Positions 48,602 to 56,751 of a stretch of 64,000 nt of DNA are shown piece after piece (positions within the stretch are counted from its first letter, which is position 1; every line of letters starts with the position of its first letter). The notes beneath the pieces are model-generated. The model was not told the origin of the DNA, did no database searches, and worked only from the letters and a program-made list of their open reading frames with translations. A program made the position numbers and the translations under genes. Source of the stretch: a candidate division FCPU426 bacterium (GTDB taxonomy: Bacteria > Oederibacteriota > Muellerivitia > Muellerivitales > Muellerivitaceae); assembly GCA_963719085.1 (NCBI GenBank), contig CAVRAL010000004.1:640001-704000 (forward strand), in the 5' to 3' direction.

Positions 48602-49885
48602 TTAATGCCCGCTGAAAATCTCGTTCAGGGTGGGATGCGGATGGACCACCCGTGAAAGCTCCTCCATTGTAACCCCGCGCGTGACCAGCACACAAGCCTC
48701 GCCGATGAGGTCGGTCGCCTCGGGACCGGCCAAATGCGCCCCTAAAATACGCCCCGAATCGCCGTCATAAACTATTTTGCCAAACCCCTGGATTTCGCCC
48801 AAAATGCGGGCCTTGCTGTTGGCGGCGAAGTTGTTTTTTTGAACCTTCACGTTTTTAAACTTCAAAGCCGCTTCCTTTTCGGTAAGGCCTACGGAGGCGA
48901 TTTCGGGGGAGGTGAACACCACATGGGGCACCTTGGAATCGTCCATGGTTTCCGTGGAGCCCGCCAAATGGCCCGCGGCGATCCGGGCGTGCTCGTAAGC
49001 CGTGTGGGCATAGGGGAACCGCCCGGTCAAATCGCCCAGCGCGTAAACACCCGGCACCGAGCTTTCCATAAATCCGTTCGTCTCAATTTTTCCATTTTGG
49101 GTTTTTAATCCCAGTGACGGAATTCCGGCTAAATCCGAGTTGGGCGCGCGGCCGACGGCCACCAAGACCAACTCCTCGTCTTTGCGCTGGATTTGGGGCG
49201 CGCCCAGTTCCACCTCGACTCCCAATTTTCGAACCGAGTTTAAAATCAGTTGAGCCAGTTCCTCTTCCATCGCCGGCAAGAGGGACGGCATCACGTCGCC
49301 CATGCGGACCTTCACGCCCAGTTGGGCGTAAAGGCAGGCGAATTCCAAACCGATCACGCCCGCTCCCACGATGAGAAGGGACTTGGGCAAGCGGGGTTGG
49401 CTTAAAAGCTCATCGCTAGTCACCACCGTTTCGCTCAAGGGAAAAGCCGGAAGGCTTTTGGGCCTGGATCCGACGGCCAAAAAAAGTGTTTTGGCCTCGT
49501 AGGTTTCGCCGTTACAAGTGACCTGGGTGGGACTTTGGATTTGGGCTTCGCCTTGAACCACTTCGACCTTCGCCGCCGAAAGGAGCGATTGAATTCCCCG
49601 CTCTAAAACAGAAACGGTTTTCTGGGTGCGCTCCACCAGCGTGGGAAAATTCAAGCGGACGTTATCGGCTTCCAATCCCCAAGACTTTCCTTCGCGCGCC
49701 AGATTGAAATAGCGGGTCGCCGCCGATTGCAAAAGTTTGGTGGGAATGCAGCCCACTTGCAGGCAGGAGCCGCCGATTTTCTTTTTCTCAAATAAGGCGA
49801 CGGTTTTTCCCTGCCGGCCCAAAAGGGACGCCGCGGTATAACCGCCCGGACCCCCGCCGATGACCAACGCGTCGAATTTTTTCAT
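48602..49885 (-). CDS. lpdA: Dihydrolipoyl dehydrogenase
   Basis: GGGPGG, GGSCLQVGCIPTK, GAGVIG.E, HPHPTLNE. Confidence 0.88.
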   Translation of the reverse strand: MKKFDALVIGGGPGGYTAASLLGRQGKTVALFEKKKIGGSCLQVGCIPTKLLQSAATRYFNLAREGKSWGLEADNVRLNFPTLVERTQKTVSVLERGIQSLLSAAKVEVVQGEAQIQSPTQVTCNGETYEAKTLFLAVGSRPKSLPAFPLSETVVTSDELLSQPRLPKSLLIVGAGVIGLEFACLYAQLGVKVRMGDVMPSLLPAMEEELAQLILNSVRKLGVEVELGAPQIQRKDEELVLVAVGRAPNSDLAGIPSLGLKTQNGKIETNGFMESSVPGVYALGDLTGRFPYAHTAYEHARIAAGHLAGSTETMDDSKVPHVVFTSPEIASVGLTEKEAALKFKNVKVQKNNFAANSKARILGEIQGFGKIVYDGDSGRILGAHLAGPEATDLIGEACVLVTRGVTMEELSRVVHPHPTLNEIFSGH

Positions 49886-49904
49886 GGTTGTGATCTCACT
49901 TAAA

Positions 49905-50621
49905 CTATAGCTTTACGGAAGCCGGGAACGGGGTCAAGATTTTTTCAAAAACAACTCCGGCCCGCTCAAAAGCGGCCACGACGGCGTCTTCCAACTGGGA
50001 GGCGGTCACGGCCGACCCCGCTTGGTCATTCAGCCCGGTCATGGCTTCCAAAGCTTCCGGACGGTAGGCCTTTCGCCAATCCTCCGACACCGAAAGCAGG
50101 ATAGCGCCTTGTTGTAAAAAAACGTCCGCTTCCCGGGCCTGAGCGCCGCCGGAAATTTTTCGCCCCCCCAAGGTCAACTCGCATTTGGAAGGCGCGGAAA
50201 AACAATGGCTCAGTCCTTGGGCCGGGGAGCGGCGAGGCGCTTGGGACAGTTCAACGGCTCGATTTAGCTTTTGAAAGGATTCTTTTAAAATCACGCTTAT
50301 TTTTTGATAGCTGGTCAAAAGGTCCCCCCCGACCAAGGGGTCCCGGGTGGAAGCGATGACGGAGTAACATAAATCTTCCCGGCCATGCAAAACCGTCCAG
50401 CCACCGGTCGGGCGGATTTCATAGGGGTGAGGCAGTTGATCCAGGGAGACCCGCCGGGATTCCAACCGGCCTAAGGTAAAAGTGGGTTTTGTGAATTGAA
50501 AAAAACGAAGCAGGGGTTTGTCCCCCCGTTGAAAGGCTTTAAAAACCTTCCGGTCCAGCTCCATCTGTCCCTCGTCGGGGACAAAGGAGGAAGAAAGAAG
50601 TTTCCAAGAAGACGGGGTCAC
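49905..50621 (-). CDS. Lipoate-protein ligase/octanoyltransferase (LipM-like)
   Basis: RPTGG..VLH, CF, GRKISGGAQ. Confidence 0.8.
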   Translation of the reverse strand: MTPSSWKLLSSSFVPDEGQMELDRKVFKAFQRGDKPLLRFFQFTKPTFTLGRLESRRVSLDQLPHPYEIRPTGGWTVLHGREDLCYSVIASTRDPLVGGDLLTSYQKISVILKESFQKLNRAVELSQAPRRSPAQGLSHCFSAPSKCELTLGGRKISGGAQAREADVFLQQGAILLSVSEDWRKAYRPEALEAMTGLNDQAGSAVTASQLEDAVVAAFERAGVVFEKILTPFPASVKL

Positions 50622-50854
50622 CAGACCGGAATTTCTTTGCCGTCAAAAAGCTTGAAGGAAAGCCCTGCGGCCACGCCTTCGAGCTTATGTTGCAGCACCA
50701 TGACGGCCCAAGTCGGCGCGCAGCCCTTCACCACCACATGTTTTCCCCGATAGCTTTCCATATCCAGTTGGGGCAGTTTGGACTTGAGAGAATTTTCGCT
50801 TACCTTGCCGCTCATATCGGCCAACACATCCGTGTTCATCTCGATTTTTTCCAT
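50618..50854 (-). CDS. DUF2480-like small protein
   Basis: DMESYRGKHVVVKGCAPTWAVM resembles DUF2480 core. Confidence 0.55.
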   Translation of the reverse strand: MEKIEMNTDVLADMSGKVSENSLKSKLPQLDMESYRGKHVVVKGCAPTWAVMVLQHKLEGVAAGLSFKLFDGKEIPVW

Positions 50855-50896
50855 GAAACAAACCCCTTTTCCCGCGAAAAACTTCGCGGATAACAA

Positions 50897-50928
50897 AAAA
50901 GGCGGAGGGAAAAATCCCCCCGCCTTTT
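50897..50928 (-). terminator. Intrinsic terminator after erpA
   Basis: AAAAGGCGGAGGGA/TCCCCCCGCCTTTT hairpin, T-run on minus strand. Confidence 0.65.
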
Positions 50929-50940
50929 AGACCAACTCTT

Positions 50941-51264
50941 TTAGAAGCTGACCGAACTCCCGCAACCGCAGGTTCCGGTGGTGTTGGGGTTTTCAATGAC
51001 AAACCCCGCGCCTTTGAGGTCTTCCACATAGTCAATCTTGGCGCCGTTTAAATAACGGGCGCTTTGGGGATCCACCAGAATCTCCACGTCGCCGGCTTGG
51101 TTGATCTCGTCATCATCGCGCTTTTGATCAAAGGTAAAACCGTAGGAAAAGCCGCTGCAACCGCCGCCTTGGACGTATACCCGGAAATTCTTCCCTTGAT
51201 AGGAAGTGTTCTTCGTGGCGAAGTCCTTTACTTTTTGGACTGCCGAATCGGTCAATTGAACCAT
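50941..51264 (-). CDS. erpA: A-type Fe-S carrier (ErpA/IscA)
   Basis: GGGCSGFSY, IDY, NPN...CGCGSS. Confidence 0.85.
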   Translation of the reverse strand: MVQLTDSAVQKVKDFATKNTSYQGKNFRVYVQGGGCSGFSYGFTFDQKRDDDEINQAGDVEILVDPQSARYLNGAKIDYVEDLKGAGFVIENPNTTGTCGCGSSVSF

Positions 51265-51364
51265 GATGTCATCTCCTTCAGGATAAGCCTAAGGGTGTGG
51301 CTTTCGTCTATTATATGGGATATTTGGGCTGGAAGGTCAAGTATGCGGTTTAAAAGCCCTATTT

Positions 51365-51868
51365 CTAGCAAGGTATTCCGGGTTGACCATCCACTTTTAG
51401 GCCCTTCACGAATAATAATCCCACCCGCGGTACCCCCGGACCCCTTTGGCCTTCAGGAAGGCGTCCCGAAAAAGACCCGGGATTAAAAAAGAAAGTCCCT
51501 CCCACCTGCCGGGAAAAAGGCTCGAAGTTGCTCCCGTAGACGATCACCTGCGCGGGCCCTTCCTCGAACTGGGATAAAAGCCATTGTTTCAATCCATGGG
51601 GCTTTCCATAGCCGTGCATCAGCCCCATGGTCAAGGCACCTTGCTTCCAGGACTGGCGGATATAAAGTTCAGATCGAACCTGAGCGGATTCGGCGTTGCC
51701 GCAAACCACGCGGGTCGGGGCCAGTTGCCGCAATTGTTCGAAAACTTTTAAGTCTCCCACAGGCCCCGCGTGAAGGATCGCGTCCACGCCCTTAAACGCT
51801 TTTTTAAGGGAAGCGATTTGGCCCAGGGTCAGGGGCGCTTGGGTATCGGCCAAAACTCCAAAAACCAT
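51365..51868 (-). CDS. YfcE/VPS29-like metallophosphoesterase homolog with degenerate metal site
   Basis: ADTQ, HAGP, GNAE, HG, GSNF, FNPGS at the positions of the five family motifs. Confidence 0.7.
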   Translation of the reverse strand: MVFGVLADTQAPLTLGQIASLKKAFKGVDAILHAGPVGDLKVFEQLRQLAPTRVVCGNAESAQVRSELYIRQSWKQGALTMGLMHGYGKPHGLKQWLLSQFEEGPAQVIVYGSNFEPFSRQVGGTFFFNPGSFSGRLPEGQRGPGVPRVGLLFVKGLKVDGQPGIPC

Positions 51869-52028
51869 TCCTTTTTTTCTCCTTTTTGACTTCCCGCAAG
51901 AGGCGTCTTAAACTACCTGCCTTAACCGGGCCCGAAGATGGCTTTTTCAGGTCTTGGGATCGGGCCAAGCGTACCATTCCCGCTTCTTGAGTCCAAGTCG
52001 GCGGAAGCCTTAAAAAACCTGGAGTCTT

Positions 52029-53675
52029 ATGAAAATCGCCCTTTGCCAAATCAACACCACGGTCGGGGACTTTGACGCCAACGTGGCGAAAATTTTGGCG
52101 TCCCTCGAAAAAGCCAAAGCCGCCCAATGCGACATCGCGCTTTTCCCGGAACTGACCTTGACCGGCTATCCCCCAAGGGATCTTTTGGACCGGGCCTCTT
52201 TTTTGCGGGAAGCCCAAAAGGCGCTGGATCAGGTGGCCCAAGCGGCCCAAGGCATCCTGGCCGTCGTCGGAACGATCGCGGAAAACCGCGGGTCCGGCAA
52301 TCCGCTTTTTAATGTGGCCGTGGCCGTCCAGGACGGCAAAATTCTTTATACGCAGAAAAAAACGTTGCTGCCGAATTACGACGTATTCGACGAAGCCCGT
52401 TACTTTACTCCCGCCTCCGAGCCCGAGCCGCCTTTCGTTTATCAAGGGCTCAAGATCGGCATCACGATCTGCGAGGACATTTGGAACGTGGAAGGCATTT
52501 CCACCCACCGGCTTTACCGCCTGGATCCGGTCCAAGAGCTGGCCAAAAATAAACCCGATTTGGTTCTCAACCTATCGGCTTCTCCCTTTCACGCCGCCAA
52601 GCTGTCCACGCGCCAAGCGCTGTTGAAAGACCTGACCGACCGGGTCAAGGCCCCCATCCTTTATTGCAATTTGGTGGGCGGCAATGATGAGCTGGTTTTC
52701 GACGGCTGCAGCATGGTGATGGACGTGGGCGGCACTCTCTTCGCCGAAGGCAAAGCCTTTGAGGAGGATTTCCTCGTTTACGATATGGGAAACCCCGCCT
52801 TTCAAAAAACCACCCGGACCTTGCTCGAGACCGAGACCATTTATGAGGCGCTGGTGATCGGCACCCGGGACTATGTGCGCAAATGCGGTTTTGAAAAAGT
52901 ACTGCTGGGACTTTCAGGCGGCATTGATTCGGCCTTGGTGGCCTGCGTGGCCGCGGAAGCCTTGGGACCCGGGAATGTTTTAGGCGTGACCATGCCTTCG
53001 CCTTATTCGTCCAAAGGCAGCGTGGAAGACTCTAAGCAATTGGCGGCAGCCTTGGGCATCGAGCTTCAAGAAATTCCCATCACCCCGGTCTTTGAGCAAA
53101 CGGTCGCGGTCTTAAAGCCTTTTTTCGGGGAAAAGCCGGCGGACCTCACGGAAGAGAACCTGCAGGCCCGCATCCGGGGGCTTTACCTGATGGCGCTGTC
53201 CAATAAATTTCACCGGCTGGTTTTATCCACCGGCAACAAAAGCGAGTTGGCCGTGGGCTATTGCACCCTCTACGGCGACATGTGCGGCGGGCTGGCCGTC
53301 ATTTCCGATCTGCCCAAGGGAATGGTTTATGAGCTGTCCCGCTACGTGAACGAGCTGGCGGGCAAAACTATCATTCCGGACGCCATCTTTACCAAAGCCC
53401 CTTCCGCCGAGCTTCGGCCCAACCAGAAAGATCAGGACAGCCTGCCGCCTTATGAGACGCTGGACGCCATCCTGCACCTGTATATTGGGAAGAACCAATC
53501 CGCGGCCACGATCCAAAGGGCGGGCTTTGACGCGGCCCTGGTGAAGGATATTTTGCGCAAGGTGGATCAAAATGAGTACAAGCGCCGTCAAATGGCGCCG
53601 GGCCTCAAGGTGACCACCAAGGCCTTCGGCATGGGGCGCCGGATGCCGATCGCGCAAAAGTTTAAGGAAAATTGA
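52029..53675 (+). CDS. nadE: Glutamine-dependent NAD+ synthetase
   Basis: Nitrilase domain (FPEL, LPNYDVFDE, ICED) plus LSGGIDS, NKSE, PSAEL. Confidence 0.95.
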   Translation: MKIALCQINTTVGDFDANVAKILASLEKAKAAQCDIALFPELTLTGYPPRDLLDRASFLREAQKALDQVAQAAQGILAVVGTIAENRGSGNPLFNVAVAVQDGKILYTQKKTLLPNYDVFDEARYFTPASEPEPPFVYQGLKIGITICEDIWNVEGISTHRLYRLDPVQELAKNKPDLVLNLSASPFHAAKLSTRQALLKDLTDRVKAPILYCNLVGGNDELVFDGCSMVMDVGGTLFAEGKAFEEDFLVYDMGNPAFQKTTRTLLETETIYEALVIGTRDYVRKCGFEKVLLGLSGGIDSALVACVAAEALGPGNVLGVTMPSPYSSKGSVEDSKQLAAALGIELQEIPITPVFEQTVAVLKPFFGEKPADLTEENLQARIRGLYLMALSNKFHRLVLSTGNKSELAVGYCTLYGDMCGGLAVISDLPKGMVYELSRYVNELAGKTIIPDAIFTKAPSAELRPNQKDQDSLPPYETLDAILHLYIGKNQSAATIQRAGFDAALVKDILRKVDQNEYKRRQMAPGLKVTTKAFGMGRRMPIAQKFKEN

Positions 53676-53681
53676 ACCCTA

Positions 53682-54148
53682 TTCACCGCAAAGACGCTAA
53701 GACGCAAAGTGAACCATGAAAAATGATGTCGATCCAAAACTGAACGCGATCGCGAAAGAAGTAGTTGATGCGGCCTTTGAGATTCATACAAAATTGGGGC
53801 CCGGATTACTGGAAAGCCTTTATGAAAACTGCCTGATCCACGAAATAGGCTTGAGGAACCTGAAAGTTCGGCGACAAGTTTCAATTCCCGTCATTTATAA
53901 GAACATTAAGTTCGATGACGGTTTAAGGCTTGATCTGCTGGTTGAAAATTGTTTGATTGTTGAGCTCAAAGCCGTTGAAGCTTTGTTGCCGGTTCATCAG
54001 GCCCCATTGTTGACTTATTGAAAGCTGACCGGGAATTCCCTCGGGCTGTTGACCAATTTTAATGTTCCTTTGATTAAAGATGGCATTAAACGAATAGTTC
54101 ATTCTAAAGATTAAATCCTCCTTGGCGTCTTAGCGCCTTTGCGGTAAA
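53682..54148. repeat. Inverted octamer-repeat arms enclosing GxxExxY gene
   Basis: Left 53682-53709 TTCACCGC-AAAGACGC-TAAGACGC-AAAG; right 54121-54148 is its reverse complement with 3 mismatches in 28. Confidence 0.85.
53716..54114 (+). pseudogene. GxxExxY (PD-(D/E)XK-like) protein, interrupted by in-frame TGA
   Basis: LGPGLLESLY, RLDLLVE, IVELKAV; TGA at 54019-54021 then in-frame KLTGNSLGLLTNFNVPLIKDGIKRIV. Confidence 0.85.
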
Positions 54149-54156
54149 AGAGGTTT

Positions 54157-54621
54157 ATGCCTAAATCATTCGCGCGGATCACCAAAGAGCTTACTTTTGA
54201 GGCGGCCCATTACCTGCATAATCCCCAATGGGACCGGGCAAAAAATTTGGAAATTTTCCGAAAATGCGCCGGCTTTCGCAAAGACAATCCCAAAGCCGCC
54301 GGGTTTCCCCACGGCCATTCTTACCGATTAGCCGTGACCGTCGAAGGTCCGATTCATGAGGACACGGGCTTTGTCATGGATTTCCGTCACTTGAAGGAAA
54401 TTCTGCACCGGGAAATTGAAAGCCGGTTGGACCACCGTTTCATCAACCAAGAAGTGGAGCTTTTTAAAAACGATCCCCAATTCCAGCCCACCGCCGAGAA
54501 CTTAGCGAGGGTCATTTGGAACTGGCTGGCCCCTTCGCTTAAAAAAGCCAAAGTCAAATTAGTGGAAGTCGCCCTTTGGGAGACCCCGGATAGTGGATGT
54601 GTTTATCAGGGCGGAAAATAA
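54157..54621 (+). CDS. queD: 6-carboxytetrahydropterin synthase / PTPS family
   Basis: FEAAH, C...HGHSY, DF..LK, LDH, PTAENLA, WETP. Confidence 0.8.
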   Translation: MPKSFARITKELTFEAAHYLHNPQWDRAKNLEIFRKCAGFRKDNPKAAGFPHGHSYRLAVTVEGPIHEDTGFVMDFRHLKEILHREIESRLDHRFINQEVELFKNDPQFQPTAENLARVIWNWLAPSLKKAKVKLVEVALWETPDSGCVYQGGK

Positions 54622-54630
54622 AAGAAGAGT

Positions 54631-55320
54631 TTAAAAAGGAAGCGGCAGAGTTCCGGGGTTTTCAAACGGCTCCAGACACCGTGGGTCATCGTGCCTCGGG
54701 TCATTCACCCAAGTTTCCACTTCGTAGGCTTCCATCTGGTCGGATGGATAGGGCCTAAAAAGTTCCTGAATTTTTTCAAAATCCCGCATATCTTCCGAGT
54801 CCAGCCACAATTTAAAATTTTCAGGCGCCACAATCACCGGCATTCTTTCGTGGATGGCTTTTACCACGGTGTTGGGCGTGGTGGTGAGGATCGCGCAAGC
54901 GTCGGTGGTTTGGCCGTGCGCGGGCTGGGGCGCCCAAAGCCCGGCCAGGGCGAACGGTTTTCCGCTTTTCATCCGGATAAAAAAAGGTTTGGTTTCCCGG
55001 GCCTCGTGCCGCCATTCATAAAAACCATCCACCGGCATCAGGCACCGCCACTTTTCAAACGACTCCTGAAAGAGCGGTTTGTCCTGGAGGTCTTCCGATC
55101 GCGCGTTGACCAACAAACGGCCGCCCTGATGCCAGGTGGCGGCAAAACCCCAATGTAAAAGCTTGAGCTGCCGTTTTTTCTTGTCCAAGGGATGAATGAC
55201 CGCGGGGATCTTTTGGGAAGGCGCCACGTTGTAGCGGGGCTCCCAGGGAAGGGATTGTTCCAATCCCAAAAAGGCCGAAAGGTCGGCGGGCGGGCTTTTT
55301 AAGGCGAATCGTGAGCACAT
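54631..55320 (-). CDS. SOS response-associated peptidase (SRAP/YedK)
   Basis: MCSRF, YNVAP, NARSE, GFYEW, IHERMP. Confidence 0.92.
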   Translation of the reverse strand: MCSRFALKSPPADLSAFLGLEQSLPWEPRYNVAPSQKIPAVIHPLDKKKRQLKLLHWGFAATWHQGGRLLVNARSEDLQDKPLFQESFEKWRCLMPVDGFYEWRHEARETKPFFIRMKSGKPFALAGLWAPQPAHGQTTDACAILTTTPNTVVKAIHERMPVIVAPENFKLWLDSEDMRDFEKIQELFRPYPSDQMEAYEVETWVNDPRHDDPRCLEPFENPGTLPLPF

Positions 55321-55359
55321 GCCCCTATTCTATCAAAAACGCGGACCCAAAAATAAAAA

Positions 55360-55383
55360 GCCCCGCCCAGAATCGGGCGGGGC
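55360..55383 (-). terminator. Intrinsic terminator after tRNA-Val
   Basis: GCCCCGCCC/GGGCGGGGC stem followed by T-run on minus strand. Confidence 0.8.
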
Positions 55384-55388
55384 ATGTT

Positions 55389-55465
55389 TGGTGGACATTA
55401 CTGGACTCGAACCAGTGACCTTCGCGATGTGAACGCGACGCTCTAACCAGCTGAGCTAAATGTCC
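55389..55465 (-). tRNA. tRNA-Val (CAC)
   Basis: GGACATT acceptor stem, D-arm, TCGCG-TT-CAC-AT-CGCGA anticodon arm, GGTTCGAGTCC T-arm, encoded CCA. Confidence 0.97.
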
Positions 55466-55490
55466 GTCTTACCTGCTTGGAAGGGGTTGT

Positions 55491-55519
55491 AGTTTATTCG
55501 GAAAAAAAGCCTATTTCAA
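55491..55519 (-). promoter_or_regulatory. sigma70 promoter of tRNA-Val
   Basis: TTGAAA-17 bp-TAAACT. Confidence 0.65.
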
Positions 55520-55526
55520 GGAACAT

Positions 55527-55655
55527 TCACTCTGGTTTAGGCGCCTCTCCGTCATCACAGCAAGACCCGGCGGACAGGGTAAATTCATCCTCAAAACCGC
55601 AAACCTCTTTTTCAAATTCAAAACCGGGTGTTTCGTGGGTAAAAGGCGGTTCCAT
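55527..55655 (-). CDS. Putative 42-aa acidic peptide (not in ORF track)
   Basis: TAAGGAGG SD; MEPPFTHETPGFEFEKEVCGFEDEFTLSAGSCCDDGEAPKPE. Confidence 0.5.
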   Translation of the reverse strand: MEPPFTHETPGFEFEKEVCGFEDEFTLSAGSCCDDGEAPKPE

Positions 55656-55846
55656 GTCGCCTCCTTAAGGCCCCGTTAGTTTATCTCAAAGAGGGTTGGA
55701 CGAAAAACAAAACCACTCTTTTAAAGAATAAAGAAGGTTTTTTAAACCTCCGGGCCTTCCTAAAACACATCTTCCGTTGAAAAAGCCCTTAGTCTAAAAC
55801 CCCGGTCCGCCTCTTATAATGGCTTCATCAGTCTAAGAGGAGCCTT

Positions 55847-56716
55847 GTGAAATTTTCAATTCCCAATGCCCTGGCGCCGGATTACGAAGAATGCCTGCGC
55901 CAAGCCAAAACCCATTACGAAAATTTTCCCGTGGCTTCCCTGCTTTTACCCAGTGAAAGCCGCGCGCCCATCGCGGCCCTTTACGCTTTTGCCCGGACCG
56001 CCGATGATTTCGCCGATGAGGCCGAGTACGAAGGACACCGGGAAAAAGAAATCAACCGCTGGGAAAAATCACTGAGGGACGCCCTCGCGGGAAAACCCGC
56101 GCCGCCGGTTCTTCGGGCCTTCGCCCACACGCTTCAAAACTTTAAAATTCCGGCGAAGCTTCCTTTAGCCCTTTTAAAAGCTTACCGGATGGATTTGAGG
56201 ATCCGCCGCTACTCAACTTGGAAAGACCTGCTTTTCTACTGCCGCCACAGCGCCAACCCGGTCGGCCGCATGGTGCTTTTGATCTCGGGAGTTCGGGATG
56301 AAAAACTTCACCGCTATTCCGATTTTATTTGTACCGGCCTTCAACTCATCAACTTCTGGCAGGACAGCGCCACCGACTTAAAGCGCGGCCGCGTCTATTA
56401 TCCCCAGGCGGCTTTAAAAAAAGCGGGCGTCTCTCCCAAAAACCTTTTCGCCTTGAAAGACTCGGTTTCAACGCGCCGGTTGGTGAGGGACGCGGTGGAT
56501 TATACTCAAACTTATTTCGTCCAGGGGCTTCCTCTATTGCGGTCGGTTTCCGGACGGCTCCGCTGGGAACTCAAGGCCACGGTCCTGGGCGGCCAGGGAA
56601 TCCTCAATAAAATCCGCAAGATGGATTACAATGTCCTTACGCAACGTCCGGCTTGGACAACGGTTGAAAAAGCGGCCTTGGCTTGGCGGGCTGTTTTTAA
56701 AAATCCCAAAGTTTAA
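55847..56716 (+). CDS. hpnC: Squalene synthase HpnC
   Basis: HYENFPVAS, RTADDFADE, YCRHSANPVGR, LQLINFWQD. Confidence 0.92.
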   Translation: MKFSIPNALAPDYEECLRQAKTHYENFPVASLLLPSESRAPIAALYAFARTADDFADEAEYEGHREKEINRWEKSLRDALAGKPAPPVLRAFAHTLQNFKIPAKLPLALLKAYRMDLRIRRYSTWKDLLFYCRHSANPVGRMVLLISGVRDEKLHRYSDFICTGLQLINFWQDSATDLKRGRVYYPQAALKKAGVSPKNLFALKDSVSTRRLVRDAVDYTQTYFVQGLPLLRSVSGRLRWELKATVLGGQGILNKIRKMDYNVLTQRPAWTTVEKAALAWRAVFKNPKV

Positions 56717-56751
56717 ATTCCTGTTTTAATTCCACGGAAGGAAGAGACCGC

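Noticed and set aside
54019..54021. Selenocysteine or alternative-code readthrough of TGA
   Set aside because: The position corresponds to Leu, other motif damage is present, and TGA terminates many genes in this window.
54631..55465. Island or prophage integrated at tRNA-Val (SRAP next to tRNA 3' end)
   Set aside because: No integrase, no duplicated tRNA 3' end seen, housekeeping flanks.
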